Positions 13,660 through 21,902 of a stretch of 32,180 bases of DNA are shown one piece after another. Source of the stretch: Bacteroidales bacterium (GTDB taxonomy: Bacteria; Bacteroidota; Bacteroidia; Bacteroidales; WCHB1-69); the NCBI GenBank assembly GCA_031257735.1, contig JAIROC010000212.1:1-32180 (forward strand). The letters are read 5' to 3'. Every line of letters begins with the position of its first letter. Position 1 is the stretch's first letter. The notes below the pieces were generated by a model, which saw only the letters and a program-made list of their open reading frames with translations, was not told the origin of the DNA and searched no databases. A program made the position numbers and the translations under genes.

Positions 13660-15942
13660 CTATATTCCTATCTTCACACCCAAAAACACCATTCGTGGAA
13701 ATGACGGACCATACACGTATGCCGCATCCTTCATTTGTCCTGCGTCAAGGTCTTTTTGGAAACTGTCGAAAATATTCTTTACACCACCGTTCAGTTCAAG
13801 TTCCGTCGTTTTACTCAGATGAAAATGATAAGACAATTTCATACCCAAATCAAAGAAATGGGGTGTATATTTTTCCATATCTATTTCGTTGAGCGTATGT
13901 TTGACAAGCATAGTACCCGTGTAATTTCCAAAAATAGAGACCATAAAATCATGCGTTATATTCACATTAGATGTAAAATATCCATAACTGTTTGGCGCAC
14001 GAAACATCTTTCGCTGTGGCTCTAACATCTCTGACCAGCGTTCAGGTTTCGTATAACGACTTTGTTGAAAGGTATATCCTATCTGCATATCAAATCGTTT
14101 TGAAAGACTTAATTTTGCTTCCACGTTTATTCCTCCGACAATTGCACCTGAAGCGTTACGACGCGTGTAAATAATGTTACCCTGTGGGTCTTCGCCTGTT
14201 TTTTCCAAAGCAAACACATCGTTAAGCAAAGTACAAAAACCCTCTACCAAAAGATTTGTTTGTACTTTTTCAAAATGGCGATATAAGTCCACCGAAGCGC
14301 TTATGCTGTGAGAATATTCTGGCTTCAAGTCGGGTGAAAGTTGTATCAATCCCAATGTTCCGCCTACTGCTTCAATATGCAAATCTTCGTTATAGGCTTG
14401 CGGTGCGCGGTATCCGCTGGAATAACTTGCCCGAAAATTCAACATTGGATTTGGACTGTAACGTAATGTTCCACGTGGACTTAATACAGCTTTATTCATC
14501 AGACTGTGTTTGTCTAAACGGACGCCAATTAGTATTCCTGCCTGTTTTGTTTTCCACTCGTTTTGAAAAAATCCACCTGCTATATGTGTTGTTTGTGTGA
14601 TGTTTCGGTTCAGGTTCGCATAAATGTCGCATAAATCGTTATAATTGTACTCAAATCCCACTGTCAATTCGGCTGGCATGAAAAACAATCGCTTGAAACT
14701 GTATGTGTACTGCGCTCCTGAAACAAAAGTTTTATCGATTGTGTTTCCGTAGTTATTTGAATGGCGTTCTGCTGCAAAATAACTATCGCGTCCTATGTAT
14801 TGAGCAGAAGTATATAAGTTGAAGCGATGTTTATCATCGGGGCTGAACAGGTTGAAATGTAATCCACCACCATCAATTCGGTGATTAAGATATTCAGCGA
14901 TGTCAGCTTCGTGCGGTGGATTGTCAAAATTGTTTCCACCTCGCCGTACTTCGTGAATATGGTGATATTCTGCTGTTAGTCGCGAAAAAGGACTTGTACA
15001 ATAATATCCGCGAAAACCTGCAGTTTCGGAATTTATTTGTGGAATATCTGAAAATCCGTCCTTGTTACGGTCATAGTGTTTGCGGTTCTTTACCATACCG
15101 AAAAGATAAATGCCTGTCTTATGGTCATCCGAGACAAAAGCGCCGTTAAGCGAAGTATTTATATCAGGAGCGCCATTGTTGAGAATGTTGGTGGTGTTGG
15201 ATAAGGTAATGGTATTGCGTAAAGGTTCTTTGGTGATAATATTTACCACACCGCCAATGGCATTCGACCCAAATAACGCAGAACCGCCTCCCCGTATGAC
15301 TTCCACTCGCTCAATCATGGCAACAGGTAATTGTTCTAAACCATATACCGCCGCCAACGAACTGAATATTGGACGACTGTCAAGCAATATTTGCGAATAT
15401 TGACCTTCCAGACCGTTGATGCGCAATTGCGTTGTGCCACAGTTGCCGCAATTGGTTTCCACACGTAAACCCGGTTGAAAACTCATGGTCTCGGACATAT
15501 TGCTGCAAGCTACTGCATCGAAAACTTTACTTGAGAGGACGTTTACAATAACTCCCGCTTCCTTTTTATTGGTTTCGTTACGGGTTGCCGATACGACGAC
15601 TTCATCTAATGACAACGATTCTTCTTCCAATACAAAATTAATTTCCAAGGTACGGTGTGGTTCTATAGTGATTTTTTGTTCACTCGTCTTATATCCCACG
15701 CACGACGCTACAATAATAAATTCTCCCACCGGTAAATCTTTCAGGAAATAGTGTCCTGTGGCGTCGGTGGCGATGCCTATTGTTGTCCCTTTCAGGGAAA
15801 TGGTCACGTAAGGAAGATGTTCTTTTGTATGTGTCTCTACCACGTGTCCGTTAATGTTGGCGTCTGTCTTCTGACAATAAACTACCGACGCCGAAATGAT
15901 TGAAAAGAATACAATCAGTATTCTAAAATATATTGACTTCAT
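13660..15942 (-). CDS. TonB-dependent outer-membrane receptor, 760 aa, with an N-terminal CarboxypepD_reg-like domain
   Basis: It has a signal peptide and a GHVVE...LPYVTISLKGT...TDATGHYFL carboxypeptidase-regulatory-like domain. A DEVVVSA TonB-box region follows, then a plug (RVEVIRGGGSALFGSNAIGGVVNIITK) and a long beta-barrel. The plug contains an unusual ETNCGNCG CxxC motif (C165, C168). Confidence 0.9.
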   Translation of the reverse strand: MKSIYFRILIVFFSIISASVVYCQKTDANINGHVVETHTKEHLPYVTISLKGTTIGIATDATGHYFLKDLPVGEFIIVASCVGYKTSEQKITIEPHRTLEINFVLEEESLSLDEVVVSATRNETNKKEAGVIVNVLSSKVFDAVACSNMSETMSFQPGLRVETNCGNCGTTQLRINGLEGQYSQILLDSRPIFSSLAAVYGLEQLPVAMIERVEVIRGGGSALFGSNAIGGVVNIITKEPLRNTITLSNTTNILNNGAPDINTSLNGAFVSDDHKTGIYLFGMVKNRKHYDRNKDGFSDIPQINSETAGFRGYYCTSPFSRLTAEYHHIHEVRRGGNNFDNPPHEADIAEYLNHRIDGGGLHFNLFSPDDKHRFNLYTSAQYIGRDSYFAAERHSNNYGNTIDKTFVSGAQYTYSFKRLFFMPAELTVGFEYNYNDLCDIYANLNRNITQTTHIAGGFFQNEWKTKQAGILIGVRLDKHSLMNKAVLSPRGTLRYSPNPMLNFRASYSSGYRAPQAYNEDLHIEAVGGTLGLIQLSPDLKPEYSHSISASVDLYRHFEKVQTNLLVEGFCTLLNDVFALEKTGEDPQGNIIYTRRNASGAIVGGINVEAKLSLSKRFDMQIGYTFQQSRYTKPERWSEMLEPQRKMFRAPNSYGYFTSNVNITHDFMVSIFGNYTGTMLVKHTLNEIDMEKYTPHFFDLGMKLSYHFHLSKTTELELNGGVKNIFDSFQKDLDAGQMKDAAYVYGPSFPRMVFLGVKIGI

Positions 15943-16107
15943 TACTATCTTAATAAATAAATTAATAAATAGATGGCATAATCCATCCTGTTGTTAAACA
16001 ATATGAAAAATAAATCTAAATCTGCAAAATACATGCAGATGAAAACAAAAATGAAACGGCATTGAGCTAACAATTCCGAAACATTAATTACATCTTACAG
16101 GATAGCA

Positions 16108-16458
16108 TTATAAGGGGGGAGCGCGCAGGGCATAAGGACGTATTTGGGGTTGTTTGTCAAAAAAAGTCTGGAAGATTTTCAGAGTAATTATTCTACAGGA
16201 AAAAATATGTACAAACCCGACAAACGTTGCACCTAATGTCACAAAATAAGAAAGGAGAGCAATAGAGATGAGTTGTGTAGCAGTATGAGTGTGTTCGGGG
16301 TTATAGGGAGTACCTTTGTAGGGATGCGAATGCGTAACAAGTTGCCCATTTACAATATGTGAATGGGTAAAACAAGTAATGCTTACCATGTAGCCGCAAA
16401 AAACTACAAGTAAAAAAACCGCAAGTAAACATTTTTTGTTATATATCATCTTATTCAT
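16108..16458 (-). CDS. Small (116 aa) two-TM membrane protein with a His-rich inter-TM loop
   Basis: TM1 is CLLAVFLLVVFCGYMVSITCF. The loop is THSHIVNGQLVTHSHPYKGTPYNPEHTHT, with three HxH motifs. TM2 is LISIALLSYFVTLGATFVGFVHIF. It lies directly upstream of, and co-oriented with, the TonB-dependent receptor, and a TAnnTTTG motif sits upstream of it. Confidence 0.6.
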   Translation of the reverse strand: MNKMIYNKKCLLAVFLLVVFCGYMVSITCFTHSHIVNGQLVTHSHPYKGTPYNPEHTHTATQLISIALLSYFVTLGATFVGFVHIFSCRIITLKIFQTFFDKQPQIRPYALRAPPL

Positions 16459-16571
16459 ACAATCCGCAATCTCTTTTGATATTGAGTCCTATTTAATTTA
16501 TCGTACACGCTTTTAATTCTGTTCCCGTGATTGTTCTCATTTAACCACTATCATCCTTTTTTTATCGAGTG

Positions 16572-16579
16572 CAAAAGTA
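16572..16579 (-). promoter_or_regulatory. -7 promoter motif TActTTTG (minus strand) for the His-rich protein / TonB-receptor pair
   Basis: Plus-strand CAAAAGTA at 16572-16579, about 114 nt upstream of the start at 16458. Confidence 0.45.
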
Positions 16580-16623
16580 GCAAAAAATCTATTACAAACT
16601 CAAATTGAAAATTAAAAATGATA

Positions 16624-16705
16624 TCCGCTGCTCTTACGGGTGCGGGTCAAGCCTGCAATGACGTGCTTATGCCGTCCAAACAATGACGGCATTGGGGTTG
16701 CTCCG
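16624..16705 (-). repeat. Copy C of the modular GC-rich repeat family (same orientation as copy B)
   Basis: TCCGCTGCTCTTACGGGTGCGGGTCAAGCCTGCAATGACG...CCGTCCAAACAATGACGGCATTGG aligns by eye with 11229-11300 with only a few substitutions. Confidence 0.8.
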
Positions 16706-16842
16706 ATAAATCCAATGATTTTACATTTGTTCTTTAGACAGAAAACATTTAATAATTCAAAATCCATTTTCTGATATATACTTTTCCCTCATGATTTTTC
16801 GCAAAGAAATTTTATGTCTGTGTGTCTTTCGAAAATTTTATG

Positions 16843-16850
16843 TACTTTTG
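16843..16850 (+). promoter_or_regulatory. -7 promoter motif TActTTTG for the SNF2 helicase gene
   Basis: TACTTTTG at 16843-16850, 35 nt upstream of ATG 16885. It lies inside the GTG-extended ORF, which argues for the ATG start. Confidence 0.5.
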
Positions 16851-16884
16851 CACTTCAAAATCTAAAAAGATAAATAATATAATT

Positions 16885-19800
16885 ATGGTAGAAAAATTTG
16901 GTAAGACATGGTGGGGAGCACATTGGTTGCGTTCACTTGAGAACGTGGATTATGATAATCGTTTGCCTCGAGGGGCTTCTTATGCTCGTGACGGTCACGT
17001 GAAAAGTATTAAAATTAACGGAAACCAAATCGTTGCCAAAGTTTCAGGCAGTCGTGCAACGCCGTACAAGGTAGTGATTATCGTGCCGCCGTTTTTTGAG
17101 GAACGAACTGAACAACTGATGACAAAAATCATCGAACGCCCTGCTCTTATTTCCAAATTACTAAATCGAGAACTTGATCCTGCCATTTTACAAATTGCTG
17201 AAGAGTTGGGATTGAAAGTGTTTCCGAGACAGTGGACAGATTTCAAGATGCAATGTTCTTGTCCTGATTGGGCAGTGCCATGTAAACATTTGGCTTCGGT
17301 CATTTACATGTTAAGCCGTGAAATTGATAACGACCCATTTATGGTTTTCAACATTCATAACGTAAACTTGCTTGACGAATTAAAAAAACGCGACGTTTTT
17401 ATCGCCGACCAAAAAGATACAGAAATTCCATTGCTCAAAACACAGTGGAAAACAAAAAAGACAAAATCGCAAACTATTCCCGAAGAAGCAGTTTATAAAC
17501 GAGTAAATTTTTCTCAACTACAAAATATTTCGGAAGCTCTCATACAGTTGTTGCCCGATGCTCCTCCATTTTATCCTTACGGTAATTTTCGGAACAAATA
17601 TGCGGAACAACTCACTCGTGTAAACAAAGATGCCGATCGTATCCTTTCCAATCATCTGAATGTTCATACCGTTTTTCCTCTATCGGATGATGCACAAAAA
17701 ATAAACAACCGAACAACTTTAACATTAATCATCAATAATGATAACCAAACGGAAATTGCTGGTGAAAATCATACTATCCATTCTTTGAATGCCTTAGTTG
17801 CCGCTCTCTTTGACTTAAATCCAGATCATTTGCTTGATGTACAACCATCCGTTGCCGCGTTTCATAAAATACTGATGGCTTCTCTGCATCTGACAGCAAA
17901 CGGAATGATCATTCCACAAATCGTACAGTTGGAGAATAAGCAATTCATTATCCGCTGGCTGGCTTCTCTGTTGGACAACCGCGTGAAAGCATTGGTAGAA
18001 AAACTGTCGGCTATTTTTCCCGATGGACTATTGTTAGCAAAGACGATAGAAAGGAAAAAAGAAAAAATCTTGCCTGTTGAAAATCAAATTACAGAACTTT
18101 TATCGCTCTTTATCGGACAAATAGTTACACGTTTGTCCAAATCGACAGAGGACTTGTTTGAAAAGCTATTTTTTAAAGATGACGCTCACGCCTTTTCATC
18201 TGTTGCCGAAAGCGCTTTAAGCGGAGGTATAAAAGTCTGGTTAAACCGCTATTACCTGACTGCTGAAATCTATAAACCCGTTATCACTGTTTCGGAACTA
18301 CCAGACGAACAATTCGATATACAAATAAGTATAGAAGATACTACAAACAGTGAACAACTACCCGTCCCCTTAGAAAACATATTGAAACAAAAACAATACG
18401 AAAAACAGCGATACAAAATATTGCAAAGCGTTTCATTGCTTACGCCTTTCATTCGCGGTTTAGATACACACATTAATTTAGGTGGAAATACTCCCATTCA
18501 TTTCTCCAACAACGAATTTGCTCCCTTTCTGATAGATATACTTCCCGCTATTCGCTTGCTCGACATTAAAATCATGTTGCCAAAAGCCCTACAAGAGTTG
18601 TTGCGTCCCAGACTATCGGTCAAATTGAAAAAAGCTCAGGAAAGAGAAGGATTTCTTCGTATCGGTGATTTGCTTTCATTTGATTGGCAAGTGGCTATTG
18701 GTAGTCATGTTATTTCGTCTGACGAATTTAATAAACTGCTGAAAACCGCTTCACGACTTTTCAAATTCAAGGAAAATTATATTTACGTGAGTGATACGGA
18801 TATTGAAAAATTGCACAAGGCTTTTACAAATACTAAACCGCTAACATCTTACCAATTATTACAAACCGCTTTAGCAGAAGAATACGAGGGAGCGCCTGTT
18901 TTGCTCACGAATGAAGTCAGGGAATTGATACATAAACTGACCGACAACACAGATATTCCTTTGCCGCAAGGTTTGAACGCCCAACTCCGCCCTTATCAAC
19001 AACGCGGTTTTTCGTGGATGTATCGTAACAGTCGTATCGGCTTTGGCAGTATCATTGCCGACGACATGGGGCTTGGGAAAACTTTGCAGGTGATTTCTAT
19101 CTTGCTGAAATTTAAAGAAGAAAACACCATTAATAAAAAATACAAAGCATTGGTAGTAGTTCCTACAGGATTGTTAACCAATTGGCAGGCTGAAATTACC
19201 AAATTTGCGCCCTCTCTTTCCTCTCACGTTTTTCATGGAACAGCACGTGACTTGAAACACTTCGACGCGGACATAATGCTGACCACTTACGGCGTACTTC
19301 GTAGCGATTTCGACTTGCTCAAGAAACAAAAATGGCAGGTGATGATTATTGATGAAGCGCAAAATATTAAAAATCACGAAGCGGCGCAATCAAAAGCTAC
19401 AAAAAGCATTCCGGCAAACGTCCGTATTGCCATGAGCGGAACACCTGTCGAAAACAGACTTACGGAATTTTGGTCTATCATGGATTATACGAATAAAGGC
19501 TATTTAGGCAACATTAAAACATTTAAAGAAGACTACGCCAATCCCATTCAAGTGTTTAACGACGAACAAATCACAGCTAAATTCCGAAAGATTACCGCTC
19601 CTTTTATGATGCGACGCATGAAATCTGACAAAACAATTATTTCTGACTTGCCTGACAAAATCGAACAAAATCAGTTTGCTCTGCTTACCAAACATCAAGC
19701 GGCTTTGTATCAAAAAACCACGTTAGCAGCAATGGAAGAAATCGAAGGTTGCAACGAAAACAATCCCCAAGCTCTTTTCAAACGGAAAGGGCTAATCTTG

Positions 19801-20394
19801 CAACTGATACTCGCCTTAAAGCAAATTTGCAATCATCCAACGCAATTTCTGAAAAATGGACAATTCGACGCTTCTCTCTCAGGAAAAACAGAATTACTGT
19901 TTGAATTGATAGACAGCATGACCCAAAGCGGAGAAAAAGTATTGATATTTACACAATTCAAAGAAATGGGAGACTTACTAAGCCGTTTTATTTTCGAACG
20001 TTTCGGCGAAAAACCGCTATTTTATCATGGTGGATGTAACCTTAAACAACGGGAAAAGATGATTGACAAATTTCAACATAATCGTGCCGACAAACTGTTT
20101 ATTCTTTCTCTCAAAGCTGCGGGTACGGGTTTAAATCTAACTGCTGCTTCGCATGTTATTCATTATGACCTCTGGTGGAATCCAGCAGTAGAAAATCAAG
20201 CCACCGACCGCGCTTACCGTATCGGTCAAAAGAAAAACGTAATGGTACATCGTATGATTTGTAAAAATACTTTTGAAGAACGTATCGACGAAATAATACA
20301 ACGAAAAAAACATCTCGCCGAAATGACCGTCTCCACAGGCGAAAATTGGATAGGAAAACTTAGTAACAAAGAATTGAAAGAAATATTTGGGTAA
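16885..20394 (+). CDS. SWIM zinc-finger + SNF2_assoc + SNF2-family DEAD/H helicase, about 1169 aa
   Basis: The SWIM motif is CSCPDWAVPCKHLASVIY. Helicase motifs are DDMGLGKT (I), DEAQNIKN (II), SGTPVENRL (III), LKAAGTGLNLT (V) and QATDRAYRIGQ (VI). I prefer the start at MVEKFGKTWWGAHW (ATG 16885) over the upstream GTG at 16822. Confidence 0.9.
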   Translation: MVEKFGKTWWGAHWLRSLENVDYDNRLPRGASYARDGHVKSIKINGNQIVAKVSGSRATPYKVVIIVPPFFEERTEQLMTKIIERPALISKLLNRELDPAILQIAEELGLKVFPRQWTDFKMQCSCPDWAVPCKHLASVIYMLSREIDNDPFMVFNIHNVNLLDELKKRDVFIADQKDTEIPLLKTQWKTKKTKSQTIPEEAVYKRVNFSQLQNISEALIQLLPDAPPFYPYGNFRNKYAEQLTRVNKDADRILSNHLNVHTVFPLSDDAQKINNRTTLTLIINNDNQTEIAGENHTIHSLNALVAALFDLNPDHLLDVQPSVAAFHKILMASLHLTANGMIIPQIVQLENKQFIIRWLASLLDNRVKALVEKLSAIFPDGLLLAKTIERKKEKILPVENQITELLSLFIGQIVTRLSKSTEDLFEKLFFKDDAHAFSSVAESALSGGIKVWLNRYYLTAEIYKPVITVSELPDEQFDIQISIEDTTNSEQLPVPLENILKQKQYEKQRYKILQSVSLLTPFIRGLDTHINLGGNTPIHFSNNEFAPFLIDILPAIRLLDIKIMLPKALQELLRPRLSVKLKKAQEREGFLRIGDLLSFDWQVAIGSHVISSDEFNKLLKTASRLFKFKENYIYVSDTDIEKLHKAFTNTKPLTSYQLLQTALAEEYEGAPVLLTNEVRELIHKLTDNTDIPLPQGLNAQLRPYQQRGFSWMYRNSRIGFGSIIADDMGLGKTLQVISILLKFKEENTINKKYKALVVVPTGLLTNWQAEITKFAPSLSSHVFHGTARDLKHFDADIMLTTYGVLRSDFDLLKKQKWQVMIIDEAQNIKNHEAAQSKATKSIPANVRIAMSGTPVENRLTEFWSIMDYTNKGYLGNIKTFKEDYANPIQVFNDEQITAKFRKITAPFMMRRMKSDKTIISDLPDKIEQNQFALLTKHQAALYQKTTLAAMEEIEGCNENNPQALFKRKGLILQLILALKQICNHPTQFLKNGQFDASLSGKTELLFELIDSMTQSGEKVLIFTQFKEMGDLLSRFIFERFGEKPLFYHGGCNLKQREKMIDKFQHNRADKLFILSLKAAGTGLNLTAASHVIHYDLWWNPAVENQATDRAYRIGQKKNVMVHRMICKNTFEERIDEIIQRKKHLAEMTVSTGENWIGKLSNKELKEIFG

Positions 20395-20886
20395 ATGAGT
20401 TATGGGTTATGAGTTATGACATGGTTTAAAGACAAGTGTCATCCCTGCGGGACATATAGCTAATATTAGTACGGATTAAAACAACCCGTAAGAACAGCGG
20501 AGCTAATCCCTAACAATCAATGCGTTTTTGGGTAGGGATTAGCTCTGCTGCTCTTACGGGCGCTTCGCTACGTTCGCAATGACGCCGTTGTTTAGACACT
20601 TTTGTGCGTTTTCACACAGCCTCCAAAGACCATTTGGCCGAACGTCCAAAGAGGCTGTGTGAAAACACACAAAAGCGTCCAAACAACGCCGTCATTGCGA
20701 GCGTAGCGAAGCAATCTCTAACCAAAAACGCATTGATTGTTAGGGATTGCCACGTCGCTGCGCTCCTCGCAATGACGACCTCTATTGTTGCGAAAATACT
20801 TTTCACACAGCCTCTAAAGACCATTTGTCCGAACGGGTTATGAGTTATCTCTGTCAAACTAATATAACTCATAACCCATAACTCAT
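20395..20886. repeat. 492-bp MITE-like composite of the GC-rich repeat family, with 23-bp perfect terminal inverted repeats and a nested long hairpin
   Basis: The terminal inverted repeats are ATGAGTTATGGGTTATGAGTTAT (20395-20417) and its exact reverse complement at 20864-20886. Inside them, a 24/24 stem pairs 20508-20531 with 20722-20745. A roughly 57/62 stem pairs 20562-20623 with 20651-20712 around a 27-nt loop. An alternative 24/26 stem pairs 20485-20510 with 20535-20560. Confidence 0.85.
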
Positions 20887-20889
20887 AAC

Positions 20890-21639
20890 TCAATTGATGC
20901 AATTTTTGTAGGAGTTTATTTTTCCAAACAGAGATGAGAGGCGTAAATAGATCACTCCAAAAATAGCTTCTCTAAGTATTCCTTTACTCATTTTGGAAGT
21001 TCCTTCTGTTCTGTCGGTAAAGATAATGGGGACTTCCTGCAACTTAAATCCAAGTTTCCAGGCTACATATTTCATTTCTATTTGAAAGCCATATCCAATG
21101 TGTTTGATTTTATTAAAGTTGATAGTCTCTAACACTTTTCGTCTGTAACAGACAAATCCAGCGGTATTATCCCGAACAGGGATGCGTAATATCGTACGCA
21201 CGTATGCAGAACCGTAATAGGACATCAAAATACGAGACATGGGCCAATGAACAACATTTACGCCATTACAATAACGAGAACCAACGACAAGGTCTGCTTG
21301 CTGTTCAATAGCGGCATGATATAGCCGTATCAAATCATTGGGATTGTGCGAAAAGTCTGCATCCATTTCAAAAATAAAATCATATCCGTGCTCAAGACAC
21401 CATTTAAAGCCGTGTATATAGGCTGTTCCCAATCCCAATTTACCTTTTCGTTCTTCCAAAAACAATTTACCTTCAAATTCAGATGTCAGTTTCTTTACAA
21501 TTGCAGCTGTTCCGTCCGGAGAACCGTCATCTATAATAAGAATATGGAATAAATCCTGTAAATTAAAAACATAACGAATAATTTTTTCTATATTCTCTTT
21601 TTCATTGTATGTTGGAATAATAACTATTTTCTTGTCCAT
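20890..21639 (-). CDS. GT2 polyprenol/dolichol-phosphate mannosyltransferase-like glycosyltransferase, 249 aa
   Basis: VIIPTYNEKENI...IIDDGSPDGT...MDADFSHNP is the classic Dpm1-like GT2 pattern. Confidence 0.85.
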   Translation of the reverse strand: MDKKIVIIPTYNEKENIEKIIRYVFNLQDLFHILIIDDGSPDGTAAIVKKLTSEFEGKLFLEERKGKLGLGTAYIHGFKWCLEHGYDFIFEMDADFSHNPNDLIRLYHAAIEQQADLVVGSRYCNGVNVVHWPMSRILMSYYGSAYVRTILRIPVRDNTAGFVCYRRKVLETINFNKIKHIGYGFQIEMKYVAWKLGFKLQEVPIIFTDRTEGTSKMSKGILREAIFGVIYLRLSSLFGKINSYKNCIN

Positions 21640-21694
21640 ATTATTTACTTTGTGTTGATTTACATATATTTTTTTAGCTCAATAAAGAGGGATG

Positions 21695-21702
21695 CAAATT
21701 TA
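21695..21702 (-). promoter_or_regulatory. -7 promoter motif TAaaTTTG (minus strand) for the GT2 gene
   Basis: Plus-strand CAAATTTA at 21695-21702, 56 nt upstream of start 21639. Confidence 0.5.
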
Positions 21703-21849
21703 CAGATAATTTGTTTATGAAGCAGTAAAAACACTGTTTTTTTTACGATAAGCATCTACTGAAACATTCCAAGTGATTGATTTTTTTTAAGTTGATTTTT
21801 CCATTAAAAAAAATATTGCTTATCGACCGACCCGTATCATTTTTTTGTG

Positions 21850-21857
21850 TACATTTG
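21850..21857 (+). promoter_or_regulatory. -7 promoter motif TAcaTTTG for the POT transporter gene
   Basis: TACATTTG at 21850-21857, 46 nt upstream of ATG 21903. Confidence 0.55.
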
Positions 21858-21902
21858 CAGCCAAAATTTAATAAAATACTTTACTAATTAAAATTATATT
21901 AT

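Noticed and set aside
16459-16571. Cobalamin or other riboswitch in the 5' leader of the His-rich protein / TonB-receptor pair
   Set aside because: I could not find a B12-box-like element or the conserved GGGAA...GCCACTG-type cores. There are only weak, AT-rich pairings.
16822-16884. GTG start at 16822 for the SNF2 gene
   Set aside because: A TAnnTTTG promoter motif (16843-16850) lies inside this extension. The conserved SWIM-upstream domain begins right at the ATG-encoded MVEKFGKTWWGAHW.
20604-20902. ORFs 20604-20843 (+) and 20612-20902 (-) as genes
   Set aside because: Both lie entirely inside the 492-bp inverted-repeat element and overlap each other on opposite strands. The peptides (..VIASVAKQS.., ..SYELWVMSY..) are typical translations of the repeat modules.
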